From Basidiobolus meristosporus CBS 931.73 (lineage: Eukaryota; Fungi; Basidiobolomycota): DNA of 64,000 nucleotides. The stretch covers positions 23,099 through 87,098 of the forward strand of contig MCFE01000365.1 of assembly GCA_002104905.1 (NCBI GenBank). Direction: 5' to 3'. Positions 50,142-64,000 of the stretch are shown here, in pieces; the stretch's first letter is position 1, and each line of letters starts with the position of its first letter. Below the pieces are notes generated by a model. That model saw only the letters and a program-made list of their open reading frames with translations. It was not told where the DNA came from and did not search any database. Made by a program: the position numbers and the translations under genes.

Positions 50142-51695
50142 CTTATGCCACCAGCCACTTACAATATGTCCAGACCTCTCACAGCAAAATCTTTGCAATG
50201 TCCTTGCTCTAACCATGCCCCAAGAAAAAAACCTAGAAAAGGCTGGCAGAAATACCTCATAATTTCAGCTCATCTCCAAGTTTCTCAAAGATGACAACTC
50301 TCAACATATAGGTACTGGCTGTTATGCCAACAAATTGACATATTCTCCAGGAGGAGAATAAATCAAGCAGCATTCAAACCAAGCTTGGTAATCAGCTGCT
50401 CACTACTTCTGCCAAAAATTGCAACTGAATTTTTGGGGAGAAAGCACCAGTTGAACCCTGGGAAAGTACCATCAGAACAGCAACAGAATACCAGCTAAGA
50501 ATCAGATGAGTTTCAAGTCTGGGATTTTCTGTAGGTAAAAGATGCATTCATGCTACAAAAGCTCCCAAAAACATGGATACATAGCTTGTGGATCTTTGGA
50601 CAACTTTGAGATTTTTCAAGTGTTGACCACCTGATATTTTGGTGAAGTATTCAAGTAGATCCTGGCCAGAGATTTGGGCAGAATTCCCCAAAATCTGTGT
50701 CCTGTGACCCAAGTTAGATAGAGCATAGAGTCATTCTTTTTGTTTTGGGATCTAGTTGCAAGGTGGGTCAGTAGAGGGTTAAGGGCAAGGGTAGGGTTAC
50801 AAGTGCACCTATACATCCACCATTGGACAGGTGGTGAGCCAGCACTATCATATGTGGATTCAGCTGATAGGTAAGGGGCAGTTGGAAAGAGTTGGAATAT
50901 AGCTATCATGTAAATGATGTTGTTAAGCCCAGTATCCCCAAGTGGGCACAATTACTGGGGTGAAGGTGGTGCTTGATGCTACAAGGAGCTATTTTATCCA
51001 AGGGTAGACCTTACCAGACAGATGATAAGCTCCAGCTGGGGGCAATCATGATGTCACATCTCTCAGTAAAGGGCTACACAGGGAAGATAGAGTGATCCAG
51101 TCATATGGAGCCTCTAAGTACCTCTTCCAATGTTCAACCCCCTAGCTCAAGGTAGGCAAGATTCTTTCTGGGGTTGGAAGTACAATGCCAATCCCCATAG
51201 GTCATTGATGGCAAAGTGGAGAGCAACTTGGTGTGTGTATATCAGATGGACATTTTACCCACAACGCAAGGAACATGGCGGATTTGCAAGTGTCCTGCTG
51301 GATATACCTGCCCCTTGGCAGCGGTTGGATTGATGGGGGGGTGGACCCGAGCATGATGATACCCGGTGTAAGCCTGATATGGGGGCAAGTGGCATCTCAC
51401 AAACACCAGCCACTTTGGCGGGTCGCATCTGACGCTGCCCACAGACTGGGGACCCACCACAATATTGAGGATTGGACGAAGATTTATGAAGATCGGTTGA
51501 GGGTGATGGGAATCTATAGACTCAGGTGGAGGAAAGTTCTGGGCGTGGCTTGGTATGGGTACACGGGAGATGGGGGACTGGAAGGGCAGTGGGATTGGGT
51601 CTGATGGGAAGATTCGGCGTAAGCATCCACGAAGACATGGAGACACGGGTAGAAGTGGACATGGACGTGGAGAAGGGGCCCGCGCACGAACCAGG

Positions 51696-54016
<2,321 letters not shown>

Positions 54017-54372
54017 CTGCTTCGCTCACCAAACGCAACGATAACGGGAAAAAGGTAGGTACGACTGAGAGCACGTCGAGCAAACAACCACTCAACGCAA
54101 TACGAAGTAGGAGAATATCGGAAGCTAGGCTAACCAGTGGATGGTTGGCTTTGGACACGCACCAACGCAGAATACCGGTGATGTGTCTAGGGCTGGGAAT
54201 GACTGCTTCCGGAATCCATGGGGAATACTATGATCGATGTCAGAATCCAGGAGCTTTTATTGCCGGACAAATATGGTGGTTCTATTCAGAATGGGATCAT
54301 TGGTTGGTAGGATCCAGGGGAATTTACAAGCTTCGAGGGGTAGTGGTGATGCTTACTAGTGTTACAATTTGT

Positions 54373-55791
54373 CTATTCTACGTGGAGGTGGCCACGGGCC
54401 TCGTGCGCGGCCACCTTCATGATGAACGATACTTGGTTGGCGACATCGCGCAGGGAGCCGATGACGATCCCATTGCCTTTGATGAAGCCGTGGTGATGGT
54501 ACTCCAGGTCAACCTCATCGCAGAACTCCTGGACGAGAGGCTGAACGCGTCGGAGATTGTGGCGAGGCACCCGTGGGAAGAGGTGGTGGATGGTTTGGAA
54601 CTGCAGTCCACCATGGAACCAGTCGAACCAGGCGGGGCAGTCGACATCCATGGTGGTACGAAGCTGGCGAGAAGCGAAGCTCTCATCCGGGCCGTGGTCA
54701 TCGGTGGACATCCCGTAATGGGAAAGGGTGATCTGAACGTGGAGCATCATGGTGAAGACGTGGGATACCATAATGTACATGAAGATCATCCCCCAACTAG
54801 GAAGGAACGACACCAGATAGGAATACCACGAGCAGAAGAATGCCAGTCCCAGCAGCTCCCACTTACGAAGAGGGGCGTGCTCGTCGGTGATTAGGAAGAT
54901 TAGCCCCTGGACGTAGAGGTTGAACCTGCCAAAGCAAAGGATGGGATAGTACAAGTAATGCTGGACCGAGATGAGCACCTTGGAGGCGCCGTCGAATTCC
55001 AGGATCTTGTTGTGGTAGGTGGAGAACAGGTTGTTGAAAAACTGGGACGTGACTGCAAAGAAGGGTAGGAGCTGGATGTCGGGGTCGTGCTCGGGATGGT
55101 TGGTGATGATGTGATGAACGTTGTGGCTCTTCTTCCACCAGCCGATGGACAGGCCGCCCAGGTAGTTGCCCAGGAGAATCCCGATAACGCTGTCATACTT
55201 CATGTTCTGGGTGATCTCGTTGTGGCCGGCATCATGGGCACAGAAAGCGCTTTGGTGCCAGACGAAAGCGTTCGCCAGCGCAGCAATGAGATAGTTCCAG
55301 TAGGTTTTCGGTCCCCAGAGGATCAGGCCCACCATGATTGCAAAGGCGATAGTGCAACGGATGGCCTCCCACGCGTAGCACCGATAGTTCGTTTCGTACA
55401 GACCAAGCGAGCGAATCTTTGTATCAAGGCGCTTGTAGGACTCGGAAATTCTTTGCTGGGCTTTCAGATCGACCGTGCGGCCTGCGCTCATGAGAGGCTC
55501 TTCCACCAGATCTCCGACGTAGAAGTGCTTCATTTTCTTGGTGAGGACCCATTCGGGATGCATCGCCTGAACCACATCAGTGGCATCTTTACCAAGCATG
55601 TGTCTCACGGCAAGCTCACCACCAGGATGGTGCTTGATCCATTTGTTCAATTTGTAGACCTGTGCCTTATAGATGATTAAGATCTCCCCGTTCTGTACGC
55701 GGGTCCTCACCTCCGACATGGTGAAAGACGGAGGCCCATGTGGCAAAGGGGTGTGGACATGAACTGCCTCAAAGGACTGTGGAGGAGACAT
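54373..55791 (-). CDS. SLD1: Cytochrome b5-fused front-end desaturase, most like fungal sphingolipid delta-8 desaturase; intronless
   Basis: HPGG heme motif; His boxes HDAGH, HNVHH, QTIHH; TMDVDCPAWFDWFHGGLQFQ. The start could be the second Met (MSEVRTR). Delta-6 fatty-acid specificity cannot be excluded. Confidence 0.88.
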   Translation of the reverse strand: MSPPQSFEAVHVHTPLPHGPPSFTMSEVRTRVQNGEILIIYKAQVYKLNKWIKHHPGGELAVRHMLGKDATDVVQAMHPEWVLTKKMKHFYVGDLVEEPLMSAGRTVDLKAQQRISESYKRLDTKIRSLGLYETNYRCYAWEAIRCTIAFAIMVGLILWGPKTYWNYLIAALANAFVWHQSAFCAHDAGHNEITQNMKYDSVIGILLGNYLGGLSIGWWKKSHNVHHIITNHPEHDPDIQLLPFFAVTSQFFNNLFSTYHNKILEFDGASKVLISVQHYLYYPILCFGRFNLYVQGLIFLITDEHAPLRKWELLGLAFFCSWYSYLVSFLPSWGMIFMYIMVSHVFTMMLHVQITLSHYGMSTDDHGPDESFASRQLRTTMDVDCPAWFDWFHGGLQFQTIHHLFPRVPRHNLRRVQPLVQEFCDEVDLEYHHHGFIKGNGIVIGSLRDVANQVSFIMKVAAHEARGHLHVE

Positions 55792-56587
55792 GAGCGAAGG
55801 AAATTGTCAGTCCAGATGTGTAATATGCTGCGTTTTATTCCAATCCACCGCCAAGCAACCTCGATGTGTTTTGTCACAATACCTGCCAAGCATTGACCAA
55901 TCATCTCCCCTCGCTTGTGGCACCGTGGAAGGTGTCTCTGGGAAACTCTATTGAAATATCCCAATTGGGAAGTCCTTGGACGACGCTAATAATCCTAATC
56001 TAAGATTCTTGACTGGCCCAGCACCTCCAAATAAGATTATCAGCTCCATTGCGCTTTGGACCAAATTGGCCTGAAGTAACGTTTATTCTTAGGGAGCAAT
56101 CCGATTAGTAGCAATGGTTGCCATCTGGGCGTACAAGCTCGCAAAATCATGACAACTGGAGAGCAACTGCACCACCCTCCCACCTTGACTCTCGACACGC
56201 ATTGGCTAGAAGAAAAAGGGAATGAATCCGGCTCTACCCCATTCTTACATATTCACATTCATTTACTTGATTTCTATACATAGATATCACCATCCCAAAG
56301 TGTGTCATGCACGCAATTTCCACGGTTGGCGGCGACTAATCAAGCTGGTTAAGTATAATCAACTCTCGCGGAGGGTTGATTAAATCCCACCAAAGTATAT
56401 AATCACTTGAGGCCACTCAAAATCCGCCCAAGATCCACATTAATACCATCATCAATAGCATCATGGACGCCCTATCTCTTTGCGAATCCCTTTTTTATAC
56501 ACAACCTATCCCTCCCTGCTGGTTGACGTAGTTCCGCCAAACCCCACATATTCGTTCTACATACACACCCACACACACATACAGAGC

Positions 56588-58028
56588 ATGGGCTGTCCTG
56601 CGGAATGGTTGGATACGATTCTCGAGTGTAAGCACCTGTCGGAGCAGGACATGAAAAAACTTTGCGAAATGGTAACCACCTCACTTCCACACCAACTTCC
56701 ACCCAAAACCCCGACCCCGACGCCCTTTCGGGCCTCCGGGGAGTTGCGTATGTGGAGAACGGCAGATCCTTTGGAACATGTACTTACGGTCCTTTATTTC
56801 TCCCTTGGGGAAACGTGGTTCTCTCCATCAGGTCAAAGAATTGTTGATGGAAGAGTCGAACGTTCAACCAGTCCATTCCCCAGTCACCGTGTGCGGTGAT
56901 ATACACGGGCAATTCTACGATCTGAAAGAGCTGTTTCGTGTTGGTGGAGAGATCCCCGAAACCAACTACATCTTCATGGTACGGTAGTCGAGTTCTTCCA
57001 GAAGAGCATTCACCCCCCCCCTCACATCTGCGCGTCTGACCACTTGCGTTCGCTATAGGGGGATTTTGTAGATCGAGGTTACTATAGTTTAGAGACGTTC
57101 ACCTTGCTGATGGTATTAAAAGCACGGTATCCGGACAAGATCACCTTGTTACGCGGTAACCACGAGAGCCGACAGATCACCCAGGTTTATGGCTTTTATG
57201 GTAGGCTCACCCCCCCCCTCCTTATTACAACCACCCGTTTTATGCTGAGCAACAACCAACTCATCTCTTCTCCTCCCCCTCCCGACTCTCATCAGACGAG
57301 TGCCAGACCAAATATGGAAACGCAAATGTCTGGAAATACTGTTGCCAAGTGTTCGACTACTTGACCGTGGCCGCGGTAACTTCACCCTGTTACTTCTGCA
57401 CCGCCAAAGAACCCACACTAAACTGCGCTTGCTTAGATCATCGACGGGAGTATCCTATGTGTTCACGGAGGGCTTTCCCCTGATGTGAGAACCCTAGATC
57501 AGATCCGAACAATACAGCGCTGCCAAGAGATCCCACACGAAGGATCATTCTGCGGTAAGTACAGCATTCGACAGCATGACAAGGCGACTTTCTCACGCAA
57601 TCCCGCTTAGATCTGATGTGGTCGGATCCCGAGGAAATAGATGGCTGGGCCGTGAGCCCAAGAGGAGCCGGTTGGCTGTTTGGAGGTAGAGTGACCAGCG
57701 AGGTAAGTGAACCCAAGGTAGACCGGTTCGATGCACATGCCGAAACTGAACCACACCCCGATAGTTCAACCAAGTGAACGGACTTGACCTGGTCGCACGT
57801 GCGCATCAGCTTGTCCAGGAAGGCTACAAGTTCATGTTCCCGGACGAAAACCTGGTCACCGTGTGGTCCGCTCCCAACTACTGCTACCGCTGCGGGAATG
57901 TGGCGAGTATCATGCAGGTGAAGGAGAATTCGGTGGTCGACGAGAGAAGCTTCAAAATCTTCGAGGCGGTTCCAGACCAGGAACGTACCGCTCCTGCCAG
58001 GTCAGGTGGCACCCCGTATTTCCTCTAA
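56588..58028 (+). CDS. SIT4: PP2A-like Ser/Thr phosphatase, PP6/Sit4/Ppe1 catalytic subunit, ~308 aa, 7 exons
   Basis: Exons 56588-56671, 56832-56978, 57059-57200, 57296-57375, 57437-57554, 57611-57702, 57765-58028. Motifs [42 protein letters not shown]-terminal PYFL. Confidence 0.93.
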
Positions 58029-58316
58029 TCCTCCAAGTATGCACACACAATAAATTGGTCTTGTAACATCACCCCAACACCACACCTCGCATAGAGTCAC
58101 GTCCCGTTTTATTCAAAAAGTATCTGGGTAGCGAAGCTGGATAGGACATGAGGATTAGGGTGCATAGAAAGACCGGTTTTGTCCACCTCAGTTGAGGTCA
58201 ACTGGAGTAGTAAAGAAGGTTCAAAAATAGTGAGTGCGTTCTTCTACCAAACGAATAGAACTGGTGGTCATTCTTTGGGTAACTTAGTCTCTATGTTGTT
58301 TCTTGTGGAGCCATGT

Positions 58317-58664
58317 CTAACGAAGGAACCGGTGAGTCATCTGAAATGGAAAACAACTGGTGGAGGGTGTATGACGTACCTGGCAGAGGGACAACGCCAA
58401 GAAAGCAGCGTAGATTCCGGCGGCGACGAAACAGCCAAGGGCAACAGCCTGGGGATCCTTGGGCGCCTTGTCGCCTTCAGTAAGCTCGTGGACCTCGATT
58501 TTGAAGAGAGCACCAAGAACAACCTAACAAACGTGGACCTGGAGGGTCAGAAAAGGGGAGCCAACTCTGAGATGGAAGGGGCCACTTACCAGGAAAATGA
58601 TACCGATCACGCTTAAGATGCTACAGCAGATAGCACATGCTGGGGGACAGAAAGCCAACTTCAT
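58317..58664 (-). CDS. V-ATPase V0 subunit f / RNase-kappa-family small membrane protein, ~80 aa, 3 exons
   Basis: Exons 58664-58590, 58523-58380, 58340-58317 give MKLAFCPPACAICCSILSVIGIIFLVVLGALFKIEVHELTEGDKAPKDPQAVALGCFVAAGIYAAFLALSLCQMTHRFLR. Two hydrophobic helices, CC.ILS..G, P.D..AVA and AA.IY patterns match the family. Confidence 0.8.
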
Positions 58665-59196
58665 TTGGAGGGGAAAGGACTGAAGGAAGGGGGGCTGGCG
58701 GCTGAGTTACCAAGGAGGGAACCTGAATAACAATTCTTGACGACAAGGTGGCTAAAAGTAGGTACCAATAGGCAGGCCCCTTAAAATCAAAGTGTGGAAG
58801 TGTAGGAAATTCCTACATAGGCCCCGGTTTTGCCACACGATTTGGGATTAGGAAAAATGGTCATGCATATGTATATATGTATCAAATGAGTACTTGATGA
58901 ACGACCAAGAACGTTCTAAAAGAATTTGTTTATCCCAAGTAGTCGTCCTCGCCCACGCATCCCAAGCAGGCAGCAGTTAATGATTCACTCAATACCACAT
59001 TCCCTTGGGATTAAGCTTAATTTTGAGTAACCATGGGAGCATTGATCCACTCTGCCTAAACACTTGCTTTGATTCTTACTATGCTGACTAAATTCATGTT
59101 TATCAAGATTAGTCATCCTATATGAGATTGCTACTCTTCGGGACATTGAAAAGGTGGTGGTAGGCCCTCAGGTTCTGGGACCTTCGCCTGTACGAG

Positions 59197-60104
59197 ATGA
59201 CCAAATTTTATTCCAAGCTTTCTATAGTTGTCGCCAGACACGGCGAGACCGAATATAATAAGCCTCCTGTGAGGCTGCAAGGGCAGCTTGGTAAGACCAG
59301 TCAAACCATTCGCATAGGCTACGAACCACTCAATCTTTTCTCCTCCTCACAGACGTGCCGTTGAATGATACCGGAAAGTTGCAGGCGAGGGCGTTGGGAG
59401 GTCGTTTGAGTACAGAAGAGTTTGACGTCGTTTACTGTAGTGACCTGTCACGTACGAAGCAGGTCAGTTGCAGGAGAGTGGGTGGTGCTTCGGTTGGATG
59501 TTAAGTGCTTGAGACGTTTAGACTCTGGAACCATTGTTGGAGGTCAAACCGAATACCCGAGTGGTTTACGAACCTAGATTACGTGAACGAGTGAGTAAAG
59601 CAGGTCTCCACGATAGATACCCCTGACCGGAAGGCTAACCCCCTTCGGTAGGATGTAGGTTCCTTGACCGACATGCTCTGGTCGGAGGCCAAGACCACCA
59701 TCGACGAAGCAGGAAAGACTTTCGAAGAGTACGTCGCGCTGAGTGGAGAGAGCGCAGAGCAATTTTACAGTAGGGTGTGCGAGTTCTGGGACACGTTGGT
59801 CAAGACATATCTGACCAACGATAAGCAAGAGGATGGTGACGAGCTTAGGGTCCTTATCATAACTCATGGTGGAGTGATCGCCAACCTGATGAAATATCTG
59901 AAGAAGCAGCTCCACTACGAGAACACAAACCCTCAGGCGGAGAGACAGATCAGCAAAAACACCGCGGTCTACAAGATACAGGTGGATCGGGGTGCCGGGT
60001 CGATACTGCTGAATAATTGCACTGCACACCTTGACGTCCAGCCATCCGAGCACTACAGCGCAAAACTCTTGAGCGATTTCGCACAGAAGATGAATTACTA
60101 TTAA
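59197..60104 (+). CDS. Histidine phosphatase superfamily (phosphoglycerate mutase/TIGAR-like), ~241 aa, 4 exons
   Basis: Exons 59197-59290, 59353-59462, 59522-59590, 59652-60104. Motifs RHGET, SDLSRTKQT, LRER, THGG. Confidence 0.9.
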
Positions 60105-60474
60105 ATAATAAATGACGCGCTGCGGATACCCGGAACAAAAGAGGCACTTGGATTGTTTCCTATGAAAGATGTCTAGTCTCTCGATAGTTGTTGCCCGACA
60201 CGGCGAAACCGGTGAGGCTACAGGGGCAGAAATGTAGTGACGCTGGATGAAGGGCAGGTTGTGGGGTAAAGTACGTGTGGACGGTGATAAGAGCGAGGTG
60301 CTGGTGCGCAACTGTACTGCGCATCTCATTGAATGATACATGCAACATCCCAATAAATTCGAATCATGCCATGCTGCCATGGCCATGACCATGACCTGGT
60401 GTGCAGATTAATCGATTTAATCAAAAGTGAATTTCCATCTACACAGCACCCACGACCAAGTGGGTCAACACAGA

Positions 60475-63400
60475 ATGAACTCTTCGCATGACCAAGTGAT
60501 ATCGCAACTACGGCCCACCGACATCTGCACGATAATATCCTTTTTTGAGGACCGCACCCCGTGCGTTCTTGATACGTCGCTCGACGTTATCCTTAACTCC
60601 TAGCCACTCGGCTGAGGTAAAGTACAAGACGTCGACGGAGAAAAAGGTCCCAGGGGTCGTTGCGGTGGTGGTGAACGGTTTGACCGACAGGTCCATGGAG
60701 GCTTGGTAAAGTCCTTCCCCTCCCCTCTTTCCAACACTTTCCCTCCATTAACGACGACCATCTTCACACGGATAGCGTGATACTGTTCAAAAAGTCGAAG
60801 GAGAATATCACCATCGCTGGGACTTATCCGATTTACGAGGATTTCGACCTGTCCATAAGTAGGCTTTTCGGGTTGTTGGTGCGCCACCCGCCTGGCACTA
60901 AGCTTTGTCCTGTTTAGGAAAGATCGCCCACAAAGAGAACAAAAAGGACGAGCAGCCGGTGTCCAGTGAGACAGGTGAGTTACCTCAGGTCTGAGCGTTG
61001 TTCACGGACTGAAGGAGCATTCTAGGGCATGTGGTGGAGATAAGGAGCAAAATCAAGTATCTGATGTTCATTATCAAGAACGACAAGGCCGTCCAGACGA
61101 TGGAATATGAGATCAACAAATACCTACAGATTGCCAGTAAGTGATTCCCGGAGTCGTACTAGGCCTCTCAGCGCATTCACCCCGTCCATAGAGAAGAACA
61201 ATTGGCGCGCCGACGGAAAGTCCCACCAATGGGTCAAGCTATACAAGATTCACAAGTTGGACGAGAGACTAGCGTTGGAAAGCAGTATGTTGATCGATCG
61301 AACTCACCCATTGCCAGGTCCACTGACTCATTCTCCACGCAGGAAGGAACTCATTAGCGGGTGCGTAGCGTTCGCAGCATCACGGCTCGTCCCATACTCA
61401 CCTGTCTTTAACCAGGACTGAAGCTGAGTCAAGACAACCCATTCTTGAAAAAGGCCCAACTGGAATCAACCATGGAGGCCAGCGTCGAACCGGACTCGGA
61501 CCAGATCAAGGAAGACTACATCCTGAATAAGATGCAAGAAAGGGAGAGCGAGTTTACCCTCGTGGACAACATCAAGTAGTCACCACCCATCGTCAATACC
61601 AACCACCATGCTTTACTGACCCCCATTTTGCAGGCTGTTCATCGGGACCTGGAACGTGAACGGAAGGCCCTCGAAGGAGTCGTTGATCCCGTGGTTTCAA
61701 TCCTCGAAAGAGCTGGTGAACGCCGATATCATCGCGATTGGGTTTGTCAAGTTCGTTGTTCATGGCTGATCCGGTTGCTAATGCTGGTGCGGGTTTACAC
61801 AGCTTCCAGGAGATGGATCTGAGCCCGGAGGCTTACTTGCTGAACGACGGTACGAAGGAGGAGGAGTGGGATAACAGCGTCCGACAAGTCTTGGCCTTGA
61901 TGAAGGATTCATATACGAAGGTAAGTGGCTGAAAGGCAAACGTCGGAATCATGGAGCTGACCTTTTGACGTCGGAAGCTGAGGTCCAAGCAACTGGTTGG
62001 GATGCTGCTGATGATATATGTGAAAGAGCAGCATGTCAAGGATATCGAATACGTGGCAGACAACTCGGCCGGCTGTGGAATCATGGGAATGATGGTAAGC
62101 ATCCCACGCTGTCCACAATCCCCCACAAACTGATCTCACTCCACGTCCAAGGGAAACAAAGGCGGGGTGGCCATCCGGATCAAATTTCGGGACACCTATC
62201 TGTGCTTTGTGAACTGCCATCTCGCTGCATCAGTCAGCGAGGTATCCCGCAGAAATCAGGATTACAAAGAGTTGTGCCGTCGACTGGTCTTCCCTTCGCA
62301 CATAGGAGTGTCGAGATACTTCGCCACGGCCCCTGGGGTTGCAGGGGCGACTGGGTTGAGTAACACTATCAGCAACGTACACACCAGAGGACTCTCCGTG
62401 TACAACAACGAGTAGGAGCGTTTTGATACAACCAAGTAGCATTGAAAGATATTAACCCGCCTCAGTATCCTGTTCTGGCTGGGTGACCTGAATTATCGAA
62501 TTGACCTTCCCGAGGAAAAGGTATTCGCCCTACTGAACGAGAACAAACTGGGTGAGCTTATCGAAAAAGACCAGGTACATTATTGGGGGGGTAGTTCGCA
62601 TTCCCAGACCCAAACTAACCCGGCATCGCCTCGTAGTTGAACGCACAGAAGAAACTCAACTTGGCATTTAGCGGGTTCTCGGAAGGAGAGCTGAACTTTT
62701 TGCCTACGTACAAATACGAGATTGGTAGCGAGGTGTTGACCCCCAAGTATGTAAAACGTTTCGACCAGTGGAGTGCACAGTCAGAGATCTGAGTATCGGC
62801 TCTTTAGCGAGAAGAAACGGATCCCCTCGTGGTGCGATCGAATTTTGTGGTGCGCCAACAAGGAGGAGAACGTGAAGCAGCTCTTCTACCAAAGCCAAAA
62901 CTCCATGGTGTCCAGCGACCACAAACCAGTGAGCGCACTGTTCAACGTTAGCGTAAGTCATCCCACCCCTGGCCCATATCCAGCGCTGCTCGACTGATGC
63001 CTCGTTTGAATCTCAGGTGAAGACCCTGCTTACTGGGAAATACGAGGAGGTTCGAGGGGAGATCTCCCGGGTATTGGACAAATTCGAGAACGAAGTCACA
63101 GCGGTGGTCTCGGTGTCGCCGCTTTCAATAGATTTCGGGGAAGTGAAGTACAACTGCTACGAATCTCGAACCATCACCATTGAGAACACCAGTCCGGTAG
63201 GTTGATTTCTTGGCTGTTTGATATTGGTCGCTAAGCCTTCGCCATGTAGACCTGCGCGCACTTCGAAATTCTACCTACCGGGGATATCATGAAGGCCGCG
63301 AGGCCATGGCTCTGGGTGAACCCACCCAAGGATATGCTCTTGCCAGGTATTTCTTACTTTCTTGAGTGGTGAGGTCTGCGCACTTACAGTGGGCACCCAG

Positions 63401-64000
63401 GTGAGAGCAAACAGTACAACGTCACCATATTGGTGGATGAGAGCTCGGCGCCTGCGCTCAACATGGGCCAGGAGGAGCTGAAGACCATCATCAAGATAAC
63501 GCTCAGAAACGAGAAGGCCTATTTCGTGGATGTGTTCGGCGAGTACAAGCCCACCTGCTTTGGTACTGCTCTCGGATATCTTGCCAAACTGACCGGGCCT
63601 ATCAGGGAGGCAAACCCAAAAGAGATCCAATCCCTTCCCGCGCATTTCGAGCGCAGTATTCCATGGGAGATATGGAGGATGTGCGATTTCCTCTCGCGCT
63701 ACGGGGCCACCACGGTAAGTCTGGGAGTCTGGCAGCGGCCCTTGTTCATGCATTCATCGCTGTGTTGTAGGAAAAACTCTTTTTGGAAAAGGGGGACGAT
63801 GACCTGGTGACCTATATCAGAGAATGTCTGGATACCGGCGAGGAGTTTGATCACAAGATACTGATGAATGACTCAAGCACCAGCACCAGAACCGCCGGAG
63901 GGAACAGTGGCATCTATTCAATGGCTGAGGCATTGATCAACTTCCTGAGGGCTCTGCCGGAGCGGTTATCCCATTCGATTTATACGACAAATGTCTGGCC
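60475..64000 (+). CDS. OCRL: OCRL/INPP5B-type inositol polyphosphate 5-phosphatase (N-terminal domain, 5-phosphatase, ASH, RhoGAP-like), multi-exon, 3'-truncated by window
   Basis: [65 protein letters not shown]. The 5' exons (start 60475) are a manual, less certain model. Confidence 0.9.

Larger units (their letters stand above)
1..51250. other. CpG-depleted transposon compartment (putative methylated heterochromatin)
   Basis: Manual count: 2 CG in 13001-14000 and 36 in 1928-6410, versus 4-5 in a single 60-nt line of the gene island (52021-52080). Confidence 0.9.

Noticed and set aside
1-51250. Classical ascomycete RIP (CpA>TpA) as the cause of repeat decay
   Set aside because: CpA and TpG remain abundant and the loss is concentrated on CpG.
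54145-55680. Plus-strand ORFs 54145-54894 and 55087-55680
   Set aside because: Antisense shadows of the desaturase with no recognisable motifs.
58179-58616. 145-aa plus-strand ORF
   Set aside because: Antisense to the spliced subunit f gene, which explains the region better.
59574-60392. 272-aa minus-strand ORF
   Set aside because: Antisense shadow of the histidine phosphatase last exon; no family features.

Overview
Eukaryotic, almost certainly fungal DNA; an early-diverging lineage is an inference from the intron style and an OCRL-type 5-phosphatase that retains ASH/RhoGAP domains. The window has two sharply different compartments. (1) About 1-51,250 is a nested, strongly CpG-depleted transposon cluster. 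It holds two structurally complete Ty3/gypsy LTR retrotransposons: a chromovirus at 1460-7307 with a 5-bp TSD, and an element at 25985-30921 with identical LTRs and a 4-bp TSD. It also holds three further degenerate gypsy elements, two copia remnants, several solo LTRs, three copies of a CACTA/Tnp2 DNA transposon (two forming a ~3.5-kb inverted repeat) and four pieces of a two-gene PIF/Harbinger(ISL2)-like DNA transposon. (2) About 51,250-64,000 is a CpG-normal gene island: a Cla4-type PAK kinase, an intronless SLD1-like desaturase, a PP6/Sit4 phosphatase, a small V-ATPase subunit f (RNase-kappa family) gene missed by the ORF track, a histidine-phosphatase (PGM/TIGAR-like) gene and an OCRL/INPP5B gene running off the window. 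No rRNA, tRNA or CRISPR features were seen. The most notable signals are the flanking-context bias of surviving CpGs (CCG/CGG spared), a clean -1 frameshift cassette and Tf1-type self-priming site in the chromovirus, and an uncharacterised accessory gene in the Harbinger-like element. I found no convincing wholly new multi-gene system. All alignments and counts were done by eye.
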